Assembly (NCBI GenBank): GCA_051362555.1
Contig: CM120643.1
Coordinates: 11,160,001 to 11,224,000, forward strand
Direction of reading: 5' to 3'
DNA length: 64,000 bases
Source: Lingula anatina
Lineage: Eukaryota; Animalia; Brachiopoda
The stretch's first letter is position 1. Every line of letters begins with the position of its first letter. Of the stretch, positions 13,968-25,400 are shown in pieces. The notes beneath the pieces are model-generated. The model saw nothing but the letters and a program-made list of their open reading frames with translations, did no database searches and was not told the DNA's origin. A program made the translations under genes and the position numbers.

Positions 13968-14530
13968 TTTCATTATGTGCACATTTTTAATTTTCTCATT
14001 TTTTCATTAAAATTTTCACTGCAAACTACAAAAAATGTGCCAATGTATCAACCATTTTACATAATACAAGATCACAGACATATACTCAAAATAAAATAAG
14101 TTTTATGAAGTTTTGTGGAGGGGGAGTCAAATTTTCATGGGGGAGTCAGATTTTCATTATGTGCTCATTTTTAATTTTCTTATTTGTTCATTAAAATTCT
14201 CACTGCAAACTACAAAAAAATGTGCCAATGTATCAACCATTTTACATACTACAAGATCACAGTCATATACTAAATTAATTAGAGATTAATGAATGTTTTT
14301 TTGTAGGGGAGTCAAATTTTCATAGGGGAACCACATTTTCATTATGTGCACATTTTTAATTTTTCTTTTTTTTTTATGAAAATTTTCACCTGCAAACTAC
14401 AAAAAAGTGCCAATGTATCATCCATTATGCATACTACAAAATCATAGTCATTTACTCAAATAAAATGAGATTAATGAATGTTTTTTTGGGGGGGAGTCAA
14501 CATTTCAACGGGGGAGTCAGATTTTCATAA
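13968..14530 (-). repeat. Right arm of the foldback element: 3 inverted ~185-bp units
   Basis: Reverse-complement copies of the left-arm unit, ending in GGAGTCAGATTTTCAT or a close variant at ~14157, ~14342 and ~14529. Confidence 0.9.
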
Positions 14531-14820
14531 TGAAAATCTGACTGGGGAGTCAGATTTTCATTATGAAAATCTGACTGGGGAGTCACATTTTAGGGGAGTC
14601 AGATTTTCATGGTACACCGGCACTGTGAGATTTCTTCAATTTTGGCCAGATAGGGATGAAAATTTTTTTTCTTCATTATAGTGTCAGGTAGGTGTGTTTG
14701 GTCATTTGTAGTAAGAATAAAGTGCTGGAAGAGTGGTGGTGTCAACATTAAGGAAGAAATAGAGCAAAAACTCTGTCTCCCCCCCCCCCCCTCTCAGATT
14801 CTGTTCTCAGAGCTTACTTA

Positions 14821-16479
14821 CAGGGTTGCTACTTAATATGGAATATTTTTTATCATTGTTATTTTTGAGTGCTGATTAAATTTTTTTGGGCTTGAGTCAT
14901 TAAAAAAGTATGTCACCGAGTGATAAAAACAACCAGTCTTCTGTTGTGAGATATTTTGGTCAATTATATCAAATCTGACATAAGATGCCATTCAAAAGAA
15001 AGGAACACCCCCAGAAAACCATATCAACAGTTTGATGTCAGTATTAACTTTAAGCTAAGATATTAAAGAAAATGATAGCCTCCGGCCAGTGATATGTTAC
15101 ACAGTCAAAGAACTCACTACAGTAAATCATGAAAAGTCAGTAATTGAGGGTATGACCTCCAGCAGCCGCTTGCAGCGCCCTCATCCTACATGGCATACCC
15201 TGTGACACGTTTTTTAGAGTTTGGGTGGGGATATCATTCCACGCAGTGATATTTGCCTGTCGCAGTTCATCACTATTTACCGGTCGATGACCATAGCTAT
15301 TAATTGTGTGAGTTACTTTTGCCCAAAGTTTTTCAATTGGGTTCATATCTGGAGAGTTTGCAGGCCAGGGCAGTTGCTGAACCCATTGGTTTTGAAGAAA
15401 AACAGTGATTCGTCGGCCTCGATGTGGGGTTGCGCAGTCGTCTTGGTACACAAAGTTGTTCCTGAAGATGACTCTTACCAATCGAAGCATTGTTTGCTCT
15501 AGAATGTCTCTGTAGGAATCCTGGATGAGGTTGCCTCCTAAAAAACCAACTGGTTCTGGGCACCGACATGAAATGCTCCCCAAACAGAGACGTTACCATC
15601 CCCTGCTTGCACCCTAGGCAGTACACAATCATCGTTTTATGCCCCTCGTACACGTCGGTGGACACGGATTCGACCATCAACCCTAAAAAATCCATATCTG
15701 ACCTCATCACTGAAAACGACGTGATTTCAGTGTTTTGGCTTCAAACGCACGTGGTCCCCAGCCCATTGCAGACGTCGCTGTTTACGACCTGCTGTTAACA
15801 GTGGTTTCCCTACTGGCCTTTGTGCAAAATAACCGGCTTTCAGTAATCTCTTGTTCACGAGGGACCTTGAAACGGGAGTTTGAGTGACATTCTGCGACTC
15901 TTTTCTGAGGACACTGGTTGTCTTTGTACGACCAGCACGGCGTCCTCTAAGGAGAAGGCGATCCTGTCTTCTTGGTGTGAAACGCGGACACACTGGTCGA
16001 GGTATTGGAGTAGGTGCCCCTGTTGCAGTATTTCTTTGGAGGATTTTCCAAACGGTTCCTGATAAATGTTGAATTGCCTTGCAATGGCTGTCCGTTTCTG
16101 GCCATTTTCTCTGAGAGCAAGAATCCCATAGTAAGCTGCGTTGCTTAGCTGTCGAACCATATCTTCACTAAGGTACCTGTCAAGTTTCAGAGCGATCCCT
16201 CTGTTGCTTCTATAAACACACTCCAAAGATTGACCAAACCCATGCGTTTTTATACAAGGGCATAAAAAGCCGAAAAGACCACCCCTCACATTTCTGACCA
16301 CAGAACATGCAACTGCATACATCAATTGTTTCGAGAGTTGTGTGGTAATTAGGTAACACACCTGGCTACACATGGAGTGACACCTCAGCTTTGGATTTAA
16401 AGTAGTTAGAGAGAAATTTAATATTTTGTAGAAAATTTACTCGCCAAAACGTAATATTCCATATTAAGTGGTAACCCTG
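14821..16479 (-). mobile_element. Tc1-family (IS630-Tc1-mariner) DNA transposon, 1659 bp, defective
   Basis: ~26-bp TIRs CAGGGTTGCTACTTAATATGGAATAT / CAGGGTTACCACTTAATATGGAATAT (reverse complement), with TA at 14819-14820 and 16480-16481. Inserted at the satellite site AGCT-TA-TTTTTGG. Internal transposase remnants. Confidence 0.95.
15137..16160 (-). pseudogene. Tc1-like DD34E transposase pseudogene
   Basis: Segments lie across frames: MVRQLS...AIARQFNI (HTH), RRQDRLLLR...KPLLTAGRKQRRLQWA, VVFSDE (~15701-15720), VWGAF, VYQDDCATPH...WPANSPDMNPIEKLW. There are 34 residues between the second catalytic D and E. In-frame stops (e.g. 15727-15729) and frameshifts are present. Confidence 0.93.
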
Positions 16480-19400
16480 TATTTTTGGATCATCTTTAAA
16501 GCTAGAATTGGGGGCCTTGATGAAGTGACCCGGGCGCGTTTCCACATTTTTTATGAATGACAGGTGTGGTAGATTGATTTTCGTCACTTTTTGGAAAAAT
16601 CGGAGACGGGTCGATTTTTGGTGATTTTGAGTGATTTTGAACAGTGCCGGCACTGTGAGATTTCTTCAATTTTGGCCAGTTAGGGATTAAAATTTTTTTT
16701 CTTCATTATAGTGTCAGATAGGTGTGTTTGGTCATTTGTAGTAAGAATAAAGTGCTGGAAGAGTGGTGGTGTCAACATTAAGGAAGAAATAGAGCAAAAA
16801 CTCTGTCTCCCCCCCCCTCTCAGATTCTGTTCTCAGAGCTTATTTTTGGATCATCTTTAAAGCTAGAATTGGGGGCCTTGATGAAGTGACCCGGGTGCGT
16901 TTCCACATTTTTTATGAATGACAGGTGTGGTAGATTGATTTTTGTCACTTTTTGGAAAAATCAGAGACGGGTCGATTTTTGGTGATTTTGAGTGATTTTG
17001 AACAGTGCCGGCACTGTGAGATTTCTTCAATTTTGGCCAGGTAGGGATGAAAATTTTTTTTCTTCATTATAGTGTCAGGTAGGTGTGTTTGGTCATTTGT
17101 AGTAAGAATAAAGTGCTGGAAGAGTGGTGGTGTCAACATTAAGGAAGAAATAGAGCAAAAACTCTGTCTCCCCCCCCCCCTCTCAGATTCTGTTCTCAGA
17201 GTATTTTTGGATCATCTTTAAAGCTAGAATTGGGGGCCTTGATGAAGTGACCCGGGCGCGTTTCCACATTTTTTATGAATGACAGGTGTGGTAGATTGAT
17301 TTTTGTCACTTTTTGGAAAAATCGGAGACGGGTCGATTTTTGGTGATTTTGTGTGATTTTGAACAGTGCCGGCACTGTGAGATTTCTTCAATTTTGGCCA
17401 GGTAGGGATGAAAATTTTTTTTCTTCATTATAGTGTCAGATAGGTGTGTTCGGTCATTTGTAGTAAGAATAAAGTGCTGGAAGAGTGGTGGTGTCAACAT
17501 TAAGGAAGAAATAGAGCAAAAACTCTGTCTCCCCCCCCCTCTCAGATTCTGTTCTCAGAGCTTATTTTTGGATCATCTTTAAAGCTAGAATTGGGGGCCT
17601 TGATGAAGTGACCCGGGCGCGTTTCCACATTTTTTTTGAATGACAGGTGTGGTAGATTGATTTTCGTCACTTTTTGGAAAAATCGGAGACGGGTCGATTT
17701 TTGGTGATTTTGAGTGATTTTGAACAGTGCCGGCACTGTGAGATTTCTTCAATTTTGGCCAGGTAGGGATGAAAATTTTTTTTCTTCATTATAGTGTCAG
17801 GTAGGTGTGTTCGGTCATTTGTAGTAAGAATAAAGTGCTGGAAGAGTGGTGGTGTCAACATTAAGGAAGAAATAGAGCAAAAACTCTGTCTCCCCCCCCC
17901 CTCTCAGATTCTGTTCTCAGAGCTTATTTTTGGATTATCTTTAAAGCTAGAATTGGGGGCCTTGATGAAGTGACCCGGGCGCGTTTCCACATTTTTTATG
18001 AATGACAGGTGTGGTAGATTGATTTTCGTCACTTTTTGGAAAAATCGGAGACGGGTCGATTTTTGGTGATTTTGAGTGATTTTGAACAGTGCCAGCACTG
18101 TGAGATTTCTTCAATTTTGGCCAGGTAGGGATGAAAATTTTTTTTCTTCATTATAGTGTCAGGTAGGTGTGTTCAGTCATTTGTAGTAAGAATAAAGTGC
18201 TGGAAGAGTGGTGGTGTCAACATTAAGGAAGAAATAGAGCAAAAACTCTGTCTCCCCCCCCCCCCGCCCTCTCAGATTCTGTTCTCAGAGCTTATTTTTG
18301 GATCATCTTTAAAGCTAGAATTGGGGGCCTTGATGAAGTGACCCGGGCGCGTTTCCACTTTTTTTATGATTGACAGGTGTGGTAGATTGATTTTCGTCAC
18401 TTTTTGGAAAAATCGGAGACGGGTCGATTTTTGGTGATTTTGAGTGATTTTGAACAGTGCCGGCACTGTGAGATTTCTTCAATTTTGGCCAGGTAGGGAT
18501 GAAAATTTTTTTTCTTCATTATAGTGTCAGGTAGGTGTGTTCGGTCATTTGTAGTAAGAATAAAGTGCTGGAAGAGTGGTGGTGTCAACATTAAGGAAGA
18601 AATAGAGCAAAAACTCTGTCTCCCCCCCCCCCCTCTCAGATTCTGTTCTCAGAGCTTATTTTTGGATCATCTTTAAAGCTAGAATTGGGGGCCTTGATGA
18701 AGTGACCCGGGCGCGTTTCCACATTTTTTATGAATGACAGGTGTGGTAGATTGATTTTCGTCACTTTTTGGAAAAAATCGGAGATGGGTCGATTTTTGGT
18801 GATTTTGAGTGATTTTGAACAGTGCCAGCACTGTGAGATTTCTTCAATTTTGGCCAGGTAGGGATGAAAATTTTTTTCTTCATTATAGTGTCGGGTAGGT
18901 GTGTTCGGTCATTTGTAGTAAGAATAAAGTGCTGGAAGAGTGGTGGTGTCAACATTAAGGAAGAAATAGAGCAAAAACTCTATCTCCCCCCCCCTCTCAG
19001 ATTTTGTTCTCAGAGCTTATTTTTGGATCATCTTTAAAGCTAGAATTGGGGGCCTTGATGAAGTGACCCGGGCGCGTTTCCACTTTTTTTATGATTGACA
19101 GGTGTGGTAGATTGATTTTCGTCACTTTTTGGAAAAATCGGAGACGGGTCGATTTTTGGTGATTTTGAGTGATTTTGAACAGTGCCGGCACTGTGAGATT
19201 TCTTCAATTTTGGCCAGGTAGGGATGAAAATTTTTTTTCTTCATTATAGTGTCAGGTAGGTGTGTTCGGTCATTTGTAGTAAGAATAAAGTGCTGGAAGA
19301 GTGGTGGTGTCAACATTAAGGAAGAAATAGAGCAAAAACTCTGTCTCCCCCCCCCCCCCTCTCAGATTCTGTTCTCAGAGCTTATTTTTGGATCATCTTT

Positions 19401-22400
19401 AAAGCTAGAATTGGGGGCCTTGATGAAGTGACCCGGGCGCGTTTCCACATTTTTTATGAATGACAGGTGTGATAGATTGATTTTCGTCACTTTTTGGAAA
19501 AAATCGGAGATGGGTCGATTTTTGGTGATTTTGAGTGATTTTGAACAGTGCCAGCACTGTGAGATTTCTTCAATTTTGGCCAGGTAGGGATGAAAATTTT
19601 TTTCTTCATTATAGTGTCGGGTAGGTGTGTTCGGTCATTTGTAGTAAGAATAAAGTGCTGGAAGAGTGGTGGTGTCAACATTAAGGAAGAAATAGAGCAA
19701 AAACTCTATCTCCCCCCCCCTCTCAGATTCTGTTCTCAGAGCTTATTTTTGGATCATCTTTAAAGCTAGAATTGGGGGCCTTGATGAAGTGACCCGGGCG
19801 CGTTTCCACTTTTTTTATGATTGACAGGTGTGGTAGATTGATTTTCGTCACTTTTTGGAAAAATCGGAGACGGGTCGATTTTTGGTGATTTTGAGTGATT
19901 TTGAACAGTGCCGGCACTGTGAGATTTCTTCAATTTTGGCCAGGTAGGGATGAAAAATTTTTTTCTTCATTATAATGTCAGGTAGGTGTGTTCGGTCATT
20001 TGTAGTAAGAATAAAGTGCTGGAAGAGTGGTGGTGTCAACATTAAGGAAGAAATAGAGCAAAAACTCTGTCTCCCCCCCCCCCCCCCTCTAAGATTCTGT
20101 TCTCAGAGCTTATTTTTGGATCATCTTTAAAGCTAGAATTGGGGGCCTTGATGAAGTGACCCGGGCGCGTTTCCACATTTTTTATGAATGACAGGTGTGG
20201 TAGATTGATTTTCGTCACTTTTTGGAAAAATCGGAGACGGGTCGATTTTTGGTGATTTTGAGTGATTTTGAACAGTGCCGGCACTGTGAGATTTCTTCAA
20301 TTTTGGCCAGATAGGGATGAAAATTTTTTTTCTTCATTATAGTGTCAGGTAGGTGTGTTCGGTCATTTGTAGTAAGAATATAGTGCTGGAAGAGTGGTGG
20401 TGTCAACATTAAGGAAGAAATAGAGCAAAAACTCTGTCTCCCCCCCCCCTCTCAGATTCTGTTCTCAGAGCTTATTTTTGGATCATCTTTAAAGCTAGAA
20501 TTGGGGTCCTTGATCAAGTGACCCGGGCGCGTTTCCACATTTTTTATGAATGACAGGTGTGGTAGATTGATTTTCGTCACTTTTTGGAAAAATTGGAGAC
20601 GGGTCGATTTTTGGTGATTTTGAGTGATTTTGAACAGTGCCGGCACTGTGAGATTTCTTCAATTTTGGCCAGGTAGGGATGAAATTTTTTTTTCTTCATT
20701 ATAGTGTCAGGTAGGTGTGTTCGGTCATTTGTAGTAAGAATAAAGTGCTGGAAGAGTGGTGGTGTCAACATTAAGGAAGAAATAGAGCAAAAACTCTGTC
20801 TCCCCCCCCCCCTCTCAGATTCTGTTCTCAGAGCTTATTTTTGGATCATCTTTATAGCTAGAATTGGGGGCCTTGATGAAGTGACCCGGGCGCGTTTCCA
20901 CATTTTTTATGAATGACAGGTGTGGTAGATTGATTTTCGTCACTTTTTGGAAAAATCGGAGACGGGTCGATTTTTGGTGATTTTGAGTGATTTTGAACAG
21001 TGCCGGCACTGTGAGATTTCTTCAATTTTGGCCAGGTAGGGATGAAATTTTTTTTTCTTCATTATAGTGTCAGGTAGGTGTGTTCGGTCATTTGTAGTAA
21101 GAATAAAGTGCTGGAAGAGTGGTGGTGTCAACATTAAGGAAGAAATAGAGCAAAAACTCTGTCTCCCCCCCCCTCTCAGATTCTGTTCTCAGAGCTTATT
21201 TTTGGATCATCTTTATAGCTAGAATTGGGGGCCTTGATGAAGTGACCCGGGCGCGTTTCCACATTTTTTATGAATGACAGGTGTGGTAGATTGATTTTCG
21301 TCACTTTTTGGAAAAATCGGAGACGGGTCGATTTTTGGTGATTTTGAGTGATTTTGAACAGTGCCGGCACTGTGAGATTTCTTCAATTTTGGCCAGGTAG
21401 GGATGAAATTTTTTTTTCTTCATTATAGTGTCAGGTAGGTGTGTTCGGTCATTTGTAGTAAGAATAAAGTGCTGGAAGAGTGGTGGTGTCAACATTAAGG
21501 AAGAAATAGAGCAAAAACTCTGTCTCCCCCCCCCCTCTCAGATTCTGTTCTCAGAGCTTATTTTTGGATCATCTTTAAAGCTAGAATTGGGGGCCTTGAT
21601 GAAGTGACCCGGGCGCGTTTCCACATTTTTCATGAATGACAAGTGTGGTAGATTGATTTTCGTCACTTTTTGGAAAAAATCGGAGATGGGTCGATTTTTG
21701 GTGATTTTGAGTGATTTTGAACAGTGCCGGCACTGTGAGATTTCTTCAATTTTGGCCAGGTAGGGATGAAAATTTTTTTCTTCATTATAGTGTCGGGTAG
21801 GTGTGTTCGGTCATTTGTAGTAAGAATAAAGTGCTGGAAGAGTGGTGGTGTCAACATTAAGGAAGAAATAGAGCAAAAACTCTATCTCCCCCCCCCCCTC
21901 TCAGATTCTGTTCTCAGAGCTTATTTTTGGATCATCTTTAAAGCTAGAATTGGGGGCCTTGATGAAGTGACCCGGGCGCGTTTCCACATTTTTTATGAAT
22001 GACAGGTGTGGTAGATTGATTTTCGTCACTTTTTGGAAAAATCGGAGACGGGTCGATTTTTGGTGATTTTGAGTGATTTTGAACAGTGCCGGCACTGTGA
22101 GATTTCTTCAATTTTGGCCAGGTAGGGATGAAATTTTTTTTTCTTCATTATAGTGTCAGATAGGTGTGTTCGGTCATTTGTAGTAAGAATAAAGTGCTGG
22201 AAGAGTGGTGGTGTCAACATTAAGGAAGAAATAGAGCAAAAACTCTGTCTCCCCCCCCCCCTCTCAGATTCTGTTCTCAGAGCTTATTTTTGGATCATCT
22301 TTAAAGCTAGAATTGGGGGCCTTGATGAAGTGACCCGGGCGCGTTTCCACATTTTTTATGAATGACAGGTGTGGTAGATTGATTTTCGTCACTTTTTGGA

Positions 22401-25400
22401 AAAATCGGAGACGGGTCGATTTTTGGTGATTTTGAGTGATTTTGAACAGTGCCGGCACTGTGAGATTTCTTCAATTTTGGCCAGGTAGGGATGAAAATTT
22501 TTTTTCTTCATTATAGTGTCAGGTAGGTGTGTTCGGTCATTTGTAGTAAGAATAAAGTGCTGGAAGAGTGGTGGTGTCAACATTAAGGAAGAAATAGAGC
22601 AAAAACTCTGTCTCCCCCCCCCCTCTCAGATTCTGTTCTCAGAGCTTATTTTTGGATCATCTTTAAAGCTAGAATTGGGGGCCTTGATGAAGTGACCCGG
22701 GCGCGTTTCCACATTTTTTATGAATGACAAGTGTGGTAGATTGATTTTCGTCACTTTTTGGAAAAAATCGGAGATGGGTCGATTTTTGGTGATTTTGAGT
22801 GATTTTGAACAGTGCCGGCACTGTGAGATTTCTTCAGTTTTGGCCAGGTAGGGATGAAAATTTTTTTCTTCATTATAGTGTCGGGTAGGTGTGTTCGGTC
22901 ATTTGTAGTAAGAATAAAGTGCTGGAAGAGTGGTGGTGTCAACATTAAGGAAGAAATAGAGCAAAAACTCTATCTCCCCCCCCCCTCTCAGATTCTGTTC
23001 TCAGAGCTTATTTTTGGATCATCTTTAAAGCTAGAATTGGGGGCCTTGATGAAGTGACCCGGGCGCGTTTCCACATTTTTTATGAATGACAGGTGTGGTA
23101 GATTGATTTTCGTCACTTTTTGGAAAAATCGGAGACGGGTCGATTTTTGGTGATTTTGAGTGATTTTGAACAGTGCCGGCACTGTGAGATTTCTTCAATT
23201 TTGGCCAGGTAGGGATGAAAATTTTTTTTCTTCATTATAGTGTCAGGTAGGTGTGTTCGGTCATTTATAGTAAGAATAAAGTGCTGGAAGAGTGGTGGTG
23301 TCAACATTAAGGAAGAAATAGAGCAAAAACTCTGTCTCCCCCCCCTCTCAGATTCTGTTCTCAGAGCTTATTTTTGGATCATCTTTAAAGCTAGAATTGG
23401 GGTCCTTGATGAAGTGACCCGGGCGCGTTTCCACATTTTTTATGAATGACAGGTGTGGTAGATTGATTTTCATCACTTTTTGGAAAAATCGGAGACGGGT
23501 CGATTTTTGGTGATTTTGAGTGATTTTGAACAGTGCCGGCGCTGTGAGATTTCTTCAATTTTGGCCAGGTAGGGATGAAAATTTTTTTTCTTCATTATAG
23601 TGTCAGGTAGGTGTGTTAGGTCATTTGTAGTAAGAATAAAGTGCTGGAAGAGTTGTGGTGTCAACATTAAGGAAGAAATAGAGCAAAAACTCTGTCTCCC
23701 CCCCCCCCCCCCCCTCTCAGATTCTGTTCTCAGAGCTTATTTTTGGATCATCTTTAAAGCTAGAATTGGGGGCCTTGATGAAGTGACCCGGGCGTGTTTC
23801 CACATTTTTTATGAATGACAGGTGTGGTAGATTGATTTTCATCACTTTTTGGAAAAATCGGAGACGGGTCGATTTTTGGTGATTTTGAGTGATTTTGAAC
23901 AGTGCCGGCACTTTGAGATTTCTTCAATTTTGGCCAGGTAGGGATGAAATTTTTTTTTCTTCATTATAGTGTCAGATAGGTGTGTTCGGTCATTTGTAGT
24001 AAGAATAAATTGCTGGAAGAGTGGTGGTGTCAACATTAAGGAAGAAATAGAGCAAAAACTCTGTCTCCCCCCCCCCCTCTCAGATTCTGTTCTCAGAGCT
24101 TATTTTTGGATCATCTTTAAAGCTAGAATTGGGGGCCTTGATGAAGTGACCCGGGCGCGTTTCCACATTTTTTATGAATGACAGGTGTGGTAGATTGATT
24201 TTCGTCACCTTTTTGGAAAAATCGGAGACGGGTCGATTTTTGGTGATTTTGAGTGATTTTGAACAGTGCCGGCACTGTGAGATTTCCTCAATTTTGGCCA
24301 GGTAGGGATGAAAATTTTTTTTCTTCATTATAGTGTCAGGTAGGTGTGTTCGGTCATTTGTAGTAAGAATAAAGTGCTGGAAGAGTGGTGGTGTCAACAT
24401 TAAGGAAGAAATAGAGCAAAAACTCTGTCTCCCCCCCCCCCCCCCTCTCAGATTCTGTTCTCAGAGCTTATTTTGGGATCATCTTTAAAGCTAGAATTGG
24501 GGGCCTTGATGAAGTGACCCGGGCGCGTTTCCACATTTTTTATGAATGACAGGTGTGGTAGATTGATTTTCGTCACTTTTTGGAAAAAATCGGATATGGG
24601 TCGATTTTTGGTGATTTTAAGTGATTTTGAACAGTGCCGGCACTGTGAGATTTCTTCAATTTTGGCCAGGTAGGGATGAAAATTCTTTTTCTTCATTATA
24701 GTGTCGGGTAGGTGTGTTTGGTCATTTGTAGTAAGAATAAATTGCTGGAAGAGTGGTGGTGTCAACATTAAGGAAGAAATAGAGCAAAAACTCTATCTCC
24801 CCCCCCCCCCACTCTCAGATTCTGTTCTCAGAGCTTATTTTTGGATCATCTTTAAAGCTAGAATTGGGGGCCTTGATGAAGTGACCCGGGCGCGTTTCCA
24901 CTTTTTTTTTTATGATTGACAGGTGTGGTAGATTGATTTTCGTCACTTTTTGGAAAAATCGGAGACGGGTCGATTTTTGGTGATTTTGAGTGATTTTGAA
25001 CAGTGCCGGCACTGTGAGATTTCTTCAATTTTGGTCAGGTAGGGATGAAAATTTTTTTTCTTCATTATAGTGTAAGGTAGGTGTGTTCGGTCATTGGTAG
25101 TAAGAATAAAGTGCTGGAAGAGTGGTGGTGTCAACATTAAGGAAGAAATAGAGCAAAAACTCTGTCTCCCCCCCCCCCTCTCAGATTCTGTTCTCAGAGC
25201 TTATTTTTGGATCATCTTTAAAGCTAGAATTGGGGGCCTTGATGAAGTGACCCGGGCGCGTTTCCACATTTTTTATGAATGACAGGTGTGGTAGATTGAT
25301 TTTCGTCACTTTTTGGAAAAATCGGAGACGGGTCGATTTTTGGTGATTTTGAGTGATTTTGAACAGTGCCGGCACTTTGAGATTTCTTCAATTTTGGCCA

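Larger units (their letters stand above)
12589..14616. mobile_element. Non-autonomous foldback DNA transposon, Ginger1-like (TGT...ACA termini, CCGG TSD), 2028 bp
   Basis: It interrupts the satellite at AGTG-CCGG|...|CCGG-CACTGT, with the TSD at 12585-12588 and 14617-14620. Left end TGTAACATGAAAATCTGACTCC; right end reverse complement TGTACCATGAAAATCTGACTCC. No transposase ORF. TGT/ACA ends with a CCGG 4-bp TSD are the described signature of Ginger1 elements; the family call is from the ends only. Confidence 0.85.

Noticed and set aside
12522-14681. ORFs within the foldback element
   Set aside because: They are repeat-derived low-complexity translations with no integrase or transposase motifs.
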